Source of the DNA: a virus
UHGV virus genome: UHGV-0121572
DNA length: 34,306 nt
Direction: 5' to 3' (one strand)
Positions 17,927 through 26,983 of this stretch are shown piece by piece. Positions within the stretch are counted from its first letter, which is position 1. Each line of letters opens with the position of its first letter. Position numbers and translations under genes: made by a program. The notes below the pieces were generated by a model that searched no databases, was not told the origin of the DNA, and saw nothing but the letters and a program-made list of their open reading frames with translations.

Positions 17927-18391
17927 ATGAAGTTTGTTGCGCCAGAACAGGCACCGGAACAGGCGGAAATCATCAGAAACACGCCGTTCTGGCCTGATGT
18001 GGACCTGTCGGAGTTTCGCAGTGTCATGCGCACTGACGGCACGGTGACGCAGCCGCGTTTAAAGCAGGTTGCGCTGTCGGCAATTTCGGAGGTCAACGCA
18101 GAGCTGTATGAGTTTCGCAGACGTCAGCAGATGCTGGGATATGCCTCGCTGGCAGAGGTTCCGGCTGAACAGCTGGACGGCAAAAGTGAGCGCATTCATC
18201 ACTATTTCAACGCGGTTTACTGCTGGGCGCGCGCCATGCTCAACGAGCGTTATCAGGACTATGACGCCACGGCATCCGGTGTGAAGCGGGGCGAGGAACT
18301 GGCGGAAGCAAGCGGTGATTTGTGGCGTGACGCCCGCTGGGCCATCAGCCGGGTGCAGGATGCGCCGCACTGCACAGTGGAGCTTATCTGA
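17927..18391 (+). CDS. L: Head completion/stabilisation protein (P2 gpL family)
   Basis: ORF 17864..18391; ATG at 17927 with AGGAGA RBS (MKFVAPEQ…); conserved position after M. Confidence 0.8.
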   Translation: MKFVAPEQAPEQAEIIRNTPFWPDVDLSEFRSVMRTDGTVTQPRLKQVALSAISEVNAELYEFRRRQQMLGYASLAEVPAEQLDGKSERIHHYFNAVYCWARAMLNERYQDYDATASGVKRGEELAEASGDLWRDARWAISRVQDAPHCTVELI

Positions 18392-18594
18392 TGAAAGTGC
18401 GTGCGCATCAGTATGACACGGTGGACGCGCTTTGCTGGCGTCATTACGGGCGCACGCAGGGTGTCACGGAGCAGGTACTGAAGGCAAATCCGGGGCTTGC
18501 CGAATACGGCCCCTTTTTACCTCACGGGCTGCAGGTGGAGTTGCCGGACATTCCGACCACCACCACCGTGCAGACCGTCCAGCTATGGGACTGA
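18391..18594 (+). CDS. X: Tail protein X (P2 gpX family)
   Basis: 67-aa ORF (same length as P2 X), start overlapping the L stop. Confidence 0.7.
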   Translation: MKVRAHQYDTVDALCWRHYGRTQGVTEQVLKANPGLAEYGPFLPHGLQVELPDIPTTTTVQTVQLWD

Positions 18595-18597
18595 ATT

Positions 18598-18813
18598 ATG
18601 ACGCTGGAGCGAATCAGCGCCTTTATCACGTATTGCATCGCCGTCGTGCTGGCCTGGCTGGGCGATTTGTCCATCAAGGATGCCTCAACGCTGGGCGGCC
18701 TGATGATTGGTGTGCTGATGCTGGCTATCAACTGGTACTACAAACACAAAGCCTACCAGCTTCTGCGCGACGGGCAGATCTCGCGGGAGGACTATGAATC
18801 CATCAATCGTTAA
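18598..18813 (+). CDS. Putative holin (small two-TM protein, gpY position)
   Basis: 71 aa with two hydrophobic segments and a charged C-terminus; immediately precedes the endolysin gene. Confidence 0.6.
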   Translation: MTLERISAFITYCIAVVLAWLGDLSIKDASTLGGLMIGVLMLAINWYYKHKAYQLLRDGQISREDYESINR

Positions 18814-19306
18814 ACGCTGCCTTGTCGGGGCCGTGCTGGCTATTGCTGCCACGCTGCCGGGTTTTCAGCAGCTTCACACCTCCGTGGAAGGGCTGAAACT
18901 GATTGCCGATTACGAAGGTTGTCGTCTGCAGCCGTATCAGTGCAGCGCGGGTGTCTGGACCGACGGCATTGGTAATACGTCGGGCGTCATTCCCGGCAAA
19001 ACCATTACGGAGCGACAGGCAGCAGAAGGGCTGATCTCCAACGTGCTGCGTGTGGAGCGGTCACTGGAAAGGTGTGTGAAGCAACAGCCACCGCAGAAAG
19101 TGTATGACGCGGTGGTGTCATTTGCCTTCAACGTGGGGACAGGCAATGCCTGCAGCTCCACGCTGGTGAAATTGCTCAATCAGCGGCGCTGGGCGGATGC
19201 GTGCCGACAGTTGCCGCGCTGGGTGTATGTAAAAGGTGTGTTTAATCAGGGGCTGGATAACCGCCGTGCGCGGGAGATGGCCTGGTGTTTACAGGGAGCA
19301 AACTGA
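18794..19306 (+). CDS. Endolysin, T4-lysozyme-like (GH24) with N-terminal signal-anchor-release (SAR)-like segment
   Basis: Hydrophobic N-terminus CLVGAVLAIAATLPG then a YEG…GVWTDGIGNT block resembling the GH24 catalytic region. Confidence 0.75.
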   Translation: MNPSIVKRCLVGAVLAIAATLPGFQQLHTSVEGLKLIADYEGCRLQPYQCSAGVWTDGIGNTSGVIPGKTITERQAAEGLISNVLRVERSLERCVKQQPPQKVYDAVVSFAFNVGTGNACSSTLVKLLNQRRWADACRQLPRWVYVKGVFNQGLDNRRAREMAWCLQGAN

Positions 19307-19307
19307 A

Positions 19308-19685
19308 ATGAAAAAGAAATTAATCAGCGGACTGTTTCTGATGTTATGGATGGCGCTGTTAATCGCAGCAATGGTGTATCCGCAGGGGATTTTTCCGGTA
19401 CTGGCAGCGTCCGGCGTTTGGGTAGCCTGTTTGCTGACATGGGCGGTAATTCCGGTAGCACTGGCTGCGTTAATTAAGAATGGCCTGCTCTGGCAGGAGT
19501 TAAGGGCATCTTTGCTGAAGACAATTACCCGAAAAGAAAACGTATTTATCAGTTGGGTGATGCGATTGCTGATTGTTGTAAGTCTCGCCTGGACGGGGTG
19601 GGCTATTACCCTGGTCTTTTATCTACTGACCGTTATTGCCTTCTGGATCACCCGTAATCAGATGGCGCAACAGGTAGCAGCATGA
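19308..19685 (+). CDS. lysA: LysA-like lysis accessory membrane protein (multi-TM)
   Basis: ORF 19236..19685; ATG at 19308 (MKKKLISGLFLMLWMALLIAAMV…) gives 125 aa with about four hydrophobic segments; P2 lysA position. Confidence 0.55.
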   Translation: MKKKLISGLFLMLWMALLIAAMVYPQGIFPVLAASGVWVACLLTWAVIPVALAALIKNGLLWQELRASLLKTITRKENVFISWVMRLLIVVSLAWTGWAITLVFYLLTVIAFWITRNQMAQQVAA

Positions 19686-20110
19686 ATCGGTTGCTGCTGG
19701 TTGTGCTGGCGTTATTACTGGCGGCGCTGGGCTGGCAGACGTGGCGGCTGGCTGATGCCAGCCAGACCATTAGCACGCAGGCAGACGAGCTGCAGAGCAA
19801 AAGCCAGTCACTGGCAAAGAGCAACAGCCAGCTTATCAGCCTGGCCATTCTGACTGAAACCAATAACCGGGAGCAGGCGCGGCTCTATGCCGAAGCAGAA
19901 CAGACCAGCGCGCTGCTGAGACAACGACAACACCGGATCGAGGAACTGAAACGTGAGAACGAGGATTTACGCCGCTGGGCTGATACTCCTTTGCCTGCTG
20001 ACATTATCCGGCTGCGGGAACGTCCGACGCTCACCGGAGGTGCAGCTTACCGTCAGTGGTTGTCCGCGAGTGACGCCGTGTCGGCTGGAGCAGGCAACGC
20101 CACGCACTAA
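19682..20110 (+). CDS. lysB: i-spanin (Rz-like, P2 LysB equivalent)
   Basis: N-terminal TM anchor MNRLLLVVLALLLAALGW followed by a charged coiled-coil-like periplasmic domain. Confidence 0.7.
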   Translation: MNRLLLVVLALLLAALGWQTWRLADASQTISTQADELQSKSQSLAKSNSQLISLAILTETNNREQARLYAEAEQTSALLRQRQHRIEELKRENEDLRRWADTPLPADIIRLRERPTLTGGAAYRQWLSASDAVSAGAGNATH

Positions 20111-20243
20111 CGGTGATCTGGACGCGTTGCTGGATGAAACGGAGGCCGCCTGGGCGGTCTGTGCAGACAAAGTGGACATGATTATTGCGTGTCAGGAGCG
20201 AAACAGTGAACAAACCACAATCCCTGCGCCACGCCCTCAATAA
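19953..20243 (+). CDS. lysC: o-spanin lipoprotein (Rz1-like, P2 LysC equivalent) overlapping lysB out of frame
   Basis: Lipobox LTLSGC after a signal peptide (MRTRIYAAGLILLCLLTLSGCG); starts inside lysB in another frame and extends past its stop, as in P2 lysB/lysC. Confidence 0.6.
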   Translation: MRTRIYAAGLILLCLLTLSGCGNVRRSPEVQLTVSGCPRVTPCRLEQATPRTNGDLDALLDETEAAWAVCADKVDMIIACQERNSEQTTIPAPRPQ

Positions 20244-20637
20244 AGCGGTGCCTTATGTCCGCAATAACCCGGACAAACTGCATCTGTTTGTGGATAACGG
20301 TTCGCTGGTTGCCACGGGGGCCAGCTCCATGTCGTGGGAGTACCGTTACACCCTGAACGCGGTGATTGAGGATTTCAGCGGCGACCAGAATCTGCTGATG
20401 GCCCCGGTTTTGCTGTGGCTGAGGAATAACCAGCCCGATGCCATCAATAACCCGGCGTTACGGGAAAAACTATTCACCTTTGAGGTGGATATTCTGCGCA
20501 ACGATGTCTGTGATATCAGCCTGAACCTGCAACTGACGGAACGTGTGCTGGTCAGCACTGACGGCAGTGTGTCGAGCGTTGAAGCTGTAGCGGAACCCGA
20601 TGAACCTGAAGAAATGTGGACGGTGAAACGTGGCTGA
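20206..20637 (+). CDS. R: Tail completion protein R (P2 gpR family)
   Basis: ORF 20185..20637 (TTG); GTG at 20206 with AGGAG RBS gives an N-terminus (…KPQSLRHALNKAV…NPDKLHLFVDNGS…) aligning with P2 R as recalled. Confidence 0.8.
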   Translation: MNKPQSLRHALNKAVPYVRNNPDKLHLFVDNGSLVATGASSMSWEYRYTLNAVIEDFSGDQNLLMAPVLLWLRNNQPDAINNPALREKLFTFEVDILRNDVCDISLNLQLTERVLVSTDGSVSSVEAVAEPDEPEEMWTVKRG

Positions 20638-21076
20638 ACTGCAGAAAGTGGACGACTGGCTGAGTGCTTTGTTGGCGAATCTGGAACCAGCCGCCAGAAG
20701 CCGCATGATGCGCCAGCTGGCGCAGGAACTGCGCCGGACACAGCAGCAGAATATCAGGATGCAGCGCAACCCTGACGGCAGCAGCTATGAACCGCGACGG
20801 GCAACAGCACGCAGTAAAAAGGGGCGCATCAAACGTCAGATGTTTGCAAAGCTGCGCACCACAAAATACCTGAAAACTGCCGCCAGCGCCGACTCTGCCA
20901 GCGTGCAGTTTGAAGGTAAGGTGCAGCGCATTGCCCGTGTTCACCATTACGGCTTGCGCGATCGCGTCAGTCGCAAAGGACCTGAGGTCCGTTACGCAGA
21001 GCGTCGCCTTCTGGGTGTAAATGATGATGTTGAGGCAATGACCCGCGACATGATTCTGCAATGGCTGGCGGGGTGA
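20630..21076 (+). CDS. S: Tail completion protein S (P2 gpS family)
   Basis: 148-aa ORF overlapping the R stop; conserved R-S pair. Confidence 0.8.
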   Translation: MAELQKVDDWLSALLANLEPAARSRMMRQLAQELRRTQQQNIRMQRNPDGSSYEPRRATARSKKGRIKRQMFAKLRTTKYLKTAASADSASVQFEGKVQRIARVHHYGLRDRVSRKGPEVRYAERRLLGVNDDVEAMTRDMILQWLAG

Positions 21077-21080
21077 TCTT

Positions 21081-21098
21081 TGTATCAGCACTGATACA
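21081..21098. promoter_or_regulatory. Late-promoter activator site (TGT-N12-ACA) upstream of V
   Basis: TGTATCAGCACTGATACA, a perfect 9-bp-arm palindrome, centred ~55 bp upstream of the V start codon in the S-V intergenic gap. Confidence 0.45.
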
Positions 21099-21144
21099 AG
21101 TTGCAGCTCTGTCGCCTTTCTTCCCCTGATGGCAACCTTTCCCT

Positions 21145-21723
21145 ATGAACGCACAATTAACCGAAATCATGCGCCTTATCACCAACCTGATCCGCTCAGG
21201 TGTAGTCACCGAAGTGGACAGGGCAAACTGGCTGTGTCGGGTGAAAACTGGCGACCTTGAAACCAACTGGATTAACTGGCTGACGCTGCGCGCGGGTAAT
21301 GCCCGCACATGGTGGAAACCATCGGAAGGTGAGCAGGTGGTGCTGCTGAGTCTGGGCGGCAATCTGGAGACCGCCTTTGCGCTGCCCGCTGTCTATTCGA
21401 ATCAGTTCGCACCACCGTCGACGTCGGCGGACGCCTGCGTGACAGAACATCCTGACGGTGGCTGGTTTGAATACGAACCCGCCACCGGGCGCTGGTATGT
21501 CAGGGGCATCAAATCAATGGTCATTGAGGCCGCTGACAACATCACCATGAAAACCAGTGAGTTTGTACTGGAGGCTGACCGCACGCGCATTAACAGCGAA
21601 GTTGTGATCAATGGTGGCGTTACCCAGGGCGGCGGAGCGATGAGTTCTAACGGGATCGTGGTTGATGCACATCAGCATACTGGCGTCCTGAAAGGCGGCG
21701 ACACAACCGGAGGCCCGGTATGA
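21145..21723 (+). CDS. V: Baseplate spike/assembly protein V (P2 gpV family)
   Basis: 192-aa ORF first in the V-W-J-I-H-G operon; Gly-rich C-terminal part typical of gpV spike proteins. Confidence 0.85.
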   Translation: MNAQLTEIMRLITNLIRSGVVTEVDRANWLCRVKTGDLETNWINWLTLRAGNARTWWKPSEGEQVVLLSLGGNLETAFALPAVYSNQFAPPSTSADACVTEHPDGGWFEYEPATGRWYVRGIKSMVIEAADNITMKTSEFVLEADRTRINSEVVINGGVTQGGGAMSSNGIVVDAHQHTGVLKGGDTTGGPV

Positions 21724-22079
21724 CGCTTTATAGCGGGATGAACAATACCAGCGGTAAAGCCATTACTGATATTGACCATCTGCGCCAGTCGGTGCGGGAC
21801 ATTCTGCTGACACCGCAGGGTAGCCGCATTGCCCGTCGTGAATATGGTTCCCTGCTGTCGGCACTGATAGACCAGCCACAAAATCCGGCATTACGCCTGC
21901 AGGTCATGTCGGCAGTGTATGTGGCGCTGAGTCGCTGGGAGCCACGGCTGACGCTGGATTCCATAACCATCAACAGCAATTTTGACGGTTCTATGGTGGT
22001 GGAGCTGGCCGGGCGGCGGAATAACGGTGTGCCTGTGTCCCTTTCCGTATTAACAGGAGCAGAGAATGGCAGTGATTGA
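21720..22079 (+). CDS. W: Baseplate protein W (gpW/gp25 family)
   Basis: 119-aa ORF overlapping the V stop; conserved order. Confidence 0.85.
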   Translation: MTLYSGMNNTSGKAITDIDHLRQSVRDILLTPQGSRIARREYGSLLSALIDQPQNPALRLQVMSAVYVALSRWEPRLTLDSITINSNFDGSMVVELAGRRNNGVPVSLSVLTGAENGSD

Positions 22080-22974
22080 CCTTTCGCAGTTGCCTGCGCC
22101 GCAGATTGTGGATGTGCCGGACTTTGAGACGCTGCTTGCTGAACGCAAGGCAGAATTTGTGGCACTTCATCCGAAAGATGAGCAGGAAGCAGTGATGCGT
22201 ACGCTGGAACTTGAATCTGAACCCGTTACCAAATTGTTGCAGGAGAACGCTTACCGTGAGTTGCTTCTGCGCCAGCGCATTAACGAAGCCGCGCAGGCGG
22301 TGATGGTGGCTTATGCCATAGGGGGCGATCTGGACCAGCTCGCCGCCAATTACAACGTGAAACGCCTGACGGTGACACCTGCTGATGATGACGCTGTGCC
22401 GCCCGTTGCGGCAGTGATGGAAAGCGATGAAGCGTTACGCCTGCGTGTGCCTGCAGCCTTTGAAGGGCTTTCGGTTGCGGGGCCAACAGCAGCTTATGAA
22501 TTTCATGCCCGAAGCGCCGACGGTCGGGTGGCGGATGCCAGTGCAACCAGTCCGGCACCTGCAGAGGTGGTGCTGACTGTCCTTAGCCGCGAAGGCGACG
22601 GAACAGCAGAAAAAGACTTGCTGGATGTGGTGGAAAAAGCCCTGAACAGTGAGAACGTCCGTCCGGTGGCTGACCGTCTGACGGTTCGCAGCGCAGAAAT
22701 CATCCCGTACCGTGTGGAAGCCACCATTTTTCTTTATCCGGGACCGGAAGCAGAGCCGGTAATGGCAGCGGCAAAAGTCAGCCTGCAGAGGTACATCGCC
22801 AGTCAGACGCGGCTCGGTCGGGATATTCGCCGTAGTGCTATTTTTGCCGCGCTGCATGTTGAAGGTGTTCAACGTGTGGAACTGGCTTCTCCGCTGGCGG
22901 ATGTGGTTCTGAACAAAAGGCAGGCGGCATCATGTACGCAGTGGAGCGTGACCAACGGAGGAACGGATGAATAG
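22066..22974 (+). CDS. J: Baseplate assembly protein J
   Basis: 302-aa ORF; conserved order and size. Confidence 0.85.
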   Translation: MAVIDLSQLPAPQIVDVPDFETLLAERKAEFVALHPKDEQEAVMRTLELESEPVTKLLQENAYRELLLRQRINEAAQAVMVAYAIGGDLDQLAANYNVKRLTVTPADDDAVPPVAAVMESDEALRLRVPAAFEGLSVAGPTAAYEFHARSADGRVADASATSPAPAEVVLTVLSREGDGTAEKDLLDVVEKALNSENVRPVADRLTVRSAEIIPYRVEATIFLYPGPEAEPVMAAAKVSLQRYIASQTRLGRDIRRSAIFAALHVEGVQRVELASPLADVVLNKRQAASCTQWSVTNGGTDE

Positions 22975-23572
22975 TCTGCTGCCACCGGGTTCAACTTCAC
23001 TGGAGCGCCGACTGGCGCAGACCTGTAGCGGGATTTCTGATCTGCAGGTGCCGCTGCGTGACTTGTGGAATCCGGCAACCTGTCCGATCAGTTTCCTGCC
23101 TTATCTCGCCTGGGCGTTCTCTGTGGATCGCTGGGACGAGGGCTGGACAGAAAGCGTCAAGCGCCAGGTGGTGAAGGATGCTTTTTATATTCATCAGCAT
23201 AAAGGAACCACCAGTGCCGTGCGGCGGGTGGTGGAGCCGTTCGGCTTCCTGATACGCATTATTGAGTGGTGGCAGACTGGAGAAACACCGGGCACGTTTC
23301 GCCTGGACATCGGCGTGCAGGACCAGGGCATCACTGAAGATACCTATCTGGAACTTGAGCGGCTGATAAGCGATGCCAAACCATGTAGCCGTCACATGAT
23401 CGGCATGTCCATCAATCTGCAAACCAGTGGCCCGCACTGGGTAGGGGCCGCCAGCTATCTTGGTGAAGAAATCACGATCTATCCGTATATCAACGAAACA
23501 ATTATTTCTGGCGGCACCGCGCATGAAGGCGGGGCGGTCCATGTTATTGACACAATGAGAGTGAATCCATGA
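22967..23572 (+). CDS. I: Tail protein I (baseplate)
   Basis: 201-aa ORF; conserved order. Confidence 0.8.
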   Translation: MNSLLPPGSTSLERRLAQTCSGISDLQVPLRDLWNPATCPISFLPYLAWAFSVDRWDEGWTESVKRQVVKDAFYIHQHKGTTSAVRRVVEPFGFLIRIIEWWQTGETPGTFRLDIGVQDQGITEDTYLELERLISDAKPCSRHMIGMSINLQTSGPHWVGAASYLGEEITIYPYINETIISGGTAHEGGAVHVIDTMRVNP

Positions 23573-25098
23573 GCACAAAATTTTATACCCTGCTGACGGA
23601 TATTGGCGCGGCGAAACTTGCCAGCGCCGCCGCGCTCGGTGTGCCGTTAAAAATTACCCATATGGCGGTCGGCGATGGCGGCGGAACATTACCAACGCCG
23701 GACGCAAAGCAGACTGCACTGGTAAATGAGAAACGCCGGGCTGCGCTGAATATGCTCTATATCGACCCGCAAAACAGCAGCCAGATTATTGCTGAACAGG
23801 TGATCCCTGAAAACGAGGGCGGTTGGTGGATACGTGAAGTGGGCCTGTTTGATGAATCCGGGGCATTGATTGCCGTGGGCAACTGCCCGGAAAGCTATAA
23901 GCCGCAACTGGCTGAAGGCAGCGGGCGCACCCAGACCGTGCGCATGGTGTTGATTACCAGCAGCACGGACAATATCACCCTGAAAATCGACCCTGCCGTC
24001 GTGCTGGCAACCCGCAAGTATGTGGATGATAAGGTACTGGAGCTGAAGGTGTACGTGGATGATCAGATGGCAAAACATCTTGCAGCACCGGACCCGCATT
24101 CACAGTATGCACCCAAAGAAAGTCCTACGTTTACCGGGACACCCAAAGCGCCAACGCCAGCGGCGGGGAATAATACCACGCAGGTTGCGACCACCGCGTT
24201 TGTTCAGGCGGCACTGACGGCTCTTATTAATGGTGCGCCAGCCACGCTGGACACGCTGAAAGAAATTGCCGCAGCCATAAACAATGACCCGAAATTCAGT
24301 ACCACCATTAACAATGCGCTGGCACTGAAAGCGCCGCTGTCGAGTCCGGCACTCACCGGAACGCCAACCGCACCGACTGCGGCACAGTCGGTCAACAATA
24401 CACAGATTGCCACCACGGCATTTGTGAAATCGGCGATTGCGGCAATGGTGGGTTCTGCACCTGCGGCACTGGATACACTGAACGAACTGGCGGCGGCGCT
24501 GGGGAATGACCCGAACTTTGCCACGACAATGCTTAATGCACTGGCAGGTAAACAACCGCTGGACAATACGCTGACTAATTTGAGTGGAAAGGATGTTGCT
24601 GGTCTTCTCGCATACCTTGGTTTGGGAGAAGGTTCTGCATTACCTGTAGGAGTACCAGTTCCGTGGCCTTCAGCCACTCTGCCGACAGGCTGGTTGAAAT
24701 GCAATGGCGCTGCCTTTGATAAGGTTAAATATCCCCGTCTTGCTACAGCATATCCATCAGGGAAACTACCTGATCTCCGTGGTGAGTTTATTCGTGGCTG
24801 GGATGACGGACGAGGCGTTGATGCTGGACGTGCTTTATTGAGCATTCAGACTGGGATGCTGGAAAAACATCGCCATATTGTTGTTGCCAACGATGGGTAT
24901 GATTCAAAAGAGGAATGGGAACTGGCGACAATCTTCAGAAGAGCATACACGCAAGGCCGGGGGCTTGATGCTGCTGATGTCGGAGGGACTCTGATTCCAT
25001 CACCAACGCTACATACACGAGGGAGTATTGGTAACACAGGTGGAAGCGAAACCCGTCCGCGAAATATTGCATTTAACTTTATCGTGAGGGCTGCATAA
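23569..25098 (+). CDS. H: Tail fibre protein H
   Basis: 509 aa; internal repeats (TGTPxAPT…NNTQxATTAFV…APAxLDTLxExAAAxxNDPxF) typical of P2-type tail fibres; distal C-terminal part of the Mu S / P1 S type. Confidence 0.85.
   Translation: MSTKFYTLLTDIGAAKLASAAALGVPLKITHMAVGDGGGTLPTPDAKQTALVNEKRRAALNMLYIDPQNSSQIIAEQVIPENEGGWWIREVGLFDESGALIAVGNCPESYKPQLAEGSGRTQTVRMVLITSSTDNITLKIDPAVVLATRKYVDDKVLELKVYVDDQMAKHLAAPDPHSQYAPKESPTFTGTPKAPTPAAGNNTTQVATTAFVQAALTALINGAPATLDTLKEIAAAINNDPKFSTTINNALALKAPLSSPALTGTPTAPTAAQSVNNTQIATTAFVKSAIAAMVGSAPAALDTLNELAAALGNDPNFATTMLNALAGKQPLDNTLTNLSGKDVAGLLAYLGLGEGSALPVGVPVPWPSATLPTGWLKCNGAAFDKVKYPRLATAYPSGKLPDLRGEFIRGWDDGRGVDAGRALLSIQTGMLEKHRHIVVANDGYDSKEEWELATIFRRAYTQGRGLDAADVGGTLIPSPTLHTRGSIGNTGGSETRPRNIAFNFIVRAA
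24605..24630. other. gix/hix-like 26-bp recombination site inside H (junction of constant and variable fibre parts)
   Basis: TTCTCGCATACC-TT-GGTTTGGGAGAA: imperfect palindrome around a 2-bp core, resembling Hin/Gin/Cin invertase crossover sites (recalled consensus …AAACC-nn-GGTTT…). Confidence 0.4.
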
Positions 25099-25700
25099 TG
25101 GATAACGCTGTATTAAATAGCGAGCTTATTGCCACGAAGGCGGGGAATATTACTGTCTATAACTATGATGGCGAAACACGGGAATATATTTCCACTTCAA
25201 ATGAATATCTTGCCGTTGGTGTCGGTATCCCGGCATATTCCTGTTTAGATGCTCCTGGCACATATAAGGCTGGTTATGCAATCTGCCGTTCAGTAGATTT
25301 AAACTCATGGGAATATATGCCAGACCATCGCGGTGAAATTATCTATAGCACCGAAACAGGAGAAGCAAAAGAAATCACGGTGCCGGGTAATTATCCTGAA
25401 AATACAACCACTATCGCCCCGTTAACGCCATACGATAAATGGGATGGTGAGAAATGGGTGACGGATACCGAGGCACAGCATAGCGCCGCAGTAGACGCAG
25501 CAGAAGCACAGCGTCAGTCACTGATTGATGCTGCAATGGCTTCCATTAGTCTGATTCAGTTGAAATTGCAGGCCGGGCGGAAGCTGATGCAGGCAGAGAC
25601 CACCCGACTTAACACTGTGCTGGATTACATCGATGCGGTGACGACAACGGATACCAGCACTGCGCCGGATGTCATCTGGCCTGAACTGTCGGAGGCGTAG
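25098..25700 (+). CDS. G: Tail fibre assembly protein G (Tfa family)
   Basis: 200 aa; C-terminus …LDYIDAVTTTDTSTAPDVIWPE characteristic of Tfa/gpG/U chaperones. Confidence 0.8.
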   Translation: MDNAVLNSELIATKAGNITVYNYDGETREYISTSNEYLAVGVGIPAYSCLDAPGTYKAGYAICRSVDLNSWEYMPDHRGEIIYSTETGEAKEITVPGNYPENTTTIAPLTPYDKWDGEKWVTDTEAQHSAAVDAAEAQRQSLIDAAMASISLIQLKLQAGRKLMQAETTRLNTVLDYIDAVTTTDTSTAPDVIWPELSEA

Positions 25701-25702
25701 GT

Positions 25703-25852
25703 CATTCAATATCTGGAGCACGGGGTGTATCGACCAGTTCTAGTGCATCCAGATAACTCACCCACGAATTATATTGTTCCAGTTCGCCACCTTTCAGGCG
25801 ATAAATAGCTGCTTTATCAGACCATTGCTTACTGTTTATAAACTCGTTAGCC
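25703..25852 (-). pseudogene. Remnant of an inverted-orientation alternative tail fibre assembly gene (G')
   Basis: My - strand translation gives …KQWSDKAAIYRLKGGELEQYNSWVSYLDALELVDTPRAPDIE*, which matches the Tfa C-terminal motif; only ~50 codons, no start. Confidence 0.5.
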
Positions 25853-25943
25853 TAGTCTATTCGCAGTTGTTTCTCTGCTTCGGTAGCAACCACAATCTCA
25901 TATAAATTAAACTAATAAGTTTTTATTAAAAGTAAGATAGATG

Positions 25944-25966
25944 CCACCATTTTATATAAATGGTGG
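25944..25966 (-). terminator. Stem-loop (possible terminator) just downstream of the orphan 290-aa gene
   Basis: CCACCATTT-TATAT-AAATGGTGG perfect 9-bp stem; on the - strand followed by a moderately U-rich stretch. Confidence 0.3.
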
Positions 25967-25973
25967 TTCGCAG

Positions 25974-26846
25974 TTAACTAGCATGTAATAAGTTGAACAG
26001 GTTTTTAGTTACTTCGTTTTTAGTACTAAAAAACATATCTTTAAGGTCCGGTAATGCAAAGGCAGCATTTTGGTCATTCGGTACAACAATAGGAGGCTCA
26101 TATCCGTTGTCATACATTTTCTTTAAAGCGGCTACTATTTTTGTCTGATTTTGACTGAATTCTTTCATGTCAATAAAAATTTCTCCAGATAGGGTCCCAT
26201 CATCTTCACGTAGTATCGCTGGTTTGACACGACATATCTGATCCATTTCTCCAGTAGAAAAACCGGCAATCGCTGCATTAAATAACAAAGATGAAGTAGC
26301 CCATTTTTCATATAGTTTTTTGATAGCCATGCTTCTGATTTTTTTATCGTTGATATATCCAATGCCACTGGCCAAAACTTCGGTTAATGGATTTTCCCCG
26401 CGAATTACTCCAGACCAATAGTTGTGCATCCAGGGCGCATTTTGCTCAAGCGGAGAGCCGAGATAATCAGTGATCCACTCTGAGTCCACCTCTGTAAAGT
26501 TCAAACCATGAAAATCAATTTCTGCAATAGTGTTTTTATAGTTTTGATTTAAACCCCAACGGTCAATTGCTATTTCAGCCATTTCTTTTGTTTTGAATAG
26601 ATATATTCCGGTTAGGCGGGAAACTTTATCTCTGAAATTGTCTGAGCGTACCTTTTCAAGAGCTAACTCATTTTGTAATTTTTCATTGTGATTATCTGAT
26701 AAGTATTTTCTTACTAGATTGTAGAACCAAATAGATACTCCAAACTCACTTTTATAACAGATTGATTCAATTCTTCCTATTGCAACCTCCCAGGCAACAA
26801 TTGGATTGTTTAAATTTAAGTAAGCATATAGTTTTCTCTGTTCCAT
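25974..26846 (-). CDS. Orphan hypothetical protein (290 aa), AT-rich cargo gene between G and FI
   Basis: Long ORF with own AAGGA RBS and stop codons upstream in frame; noticeably lower G+C than flanking tail genes; no motif I can assign. Confidence 0.7.
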   Translation of the reverse strand: MEQRKLYAYLNLNNPIVAWEVAIGRIESICYKSEFGVSIWFYNLVRKYLSDNHNEKLQNELALEKVRSDNFRDKVSRLTGIYLFKTKEMAEIAIDRWGLNQNYKNTIAEIDFHGLNFTEVDSEWITDYLGSPLEQNAPWMHNYWSGVIRGENPLTEVLASGIGYINDKKIRSMAIKKLYEKWATSSLLFNAAIAGFSTGEMDQICRVKPAILREDDGTLSGEIFIDMKEFSQNQTKIVAALKKMYDNGYEPPIVVPNDQNAAFALPDLKDMFFSTKNEVTKNLFNLLHAS

Positions 26847-26983
26847 TTTTATTTTCCTTATAGATGCTATGAAGGTTATTATTACATAAATGTTCGATAA
26901 ATGTTTTTAAGTTTTAACTTCGTTTCGGTGCCAATAAATATACATTACAAGTGAAATTTATCAAGGTAACAAAAGGAGAGCTA

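Noticed and set aside
23700-24560. Repeated nucleotide/peptide units in H that could be mistaken for a repeat array
   Set aside because: These are in-frame coding repeats of the tail fibre shaft, not a CRISPR array (no regular short direct repeats with unique spacers) and not non-coding tandem repeats.
24100-24845. Arg/Cys-rich and Ala/Ser-rich ORFs on the - strand inside tail fibre gene H
   Set aside because: Low-complexity antisense translations of the repetitive H coding sequence.
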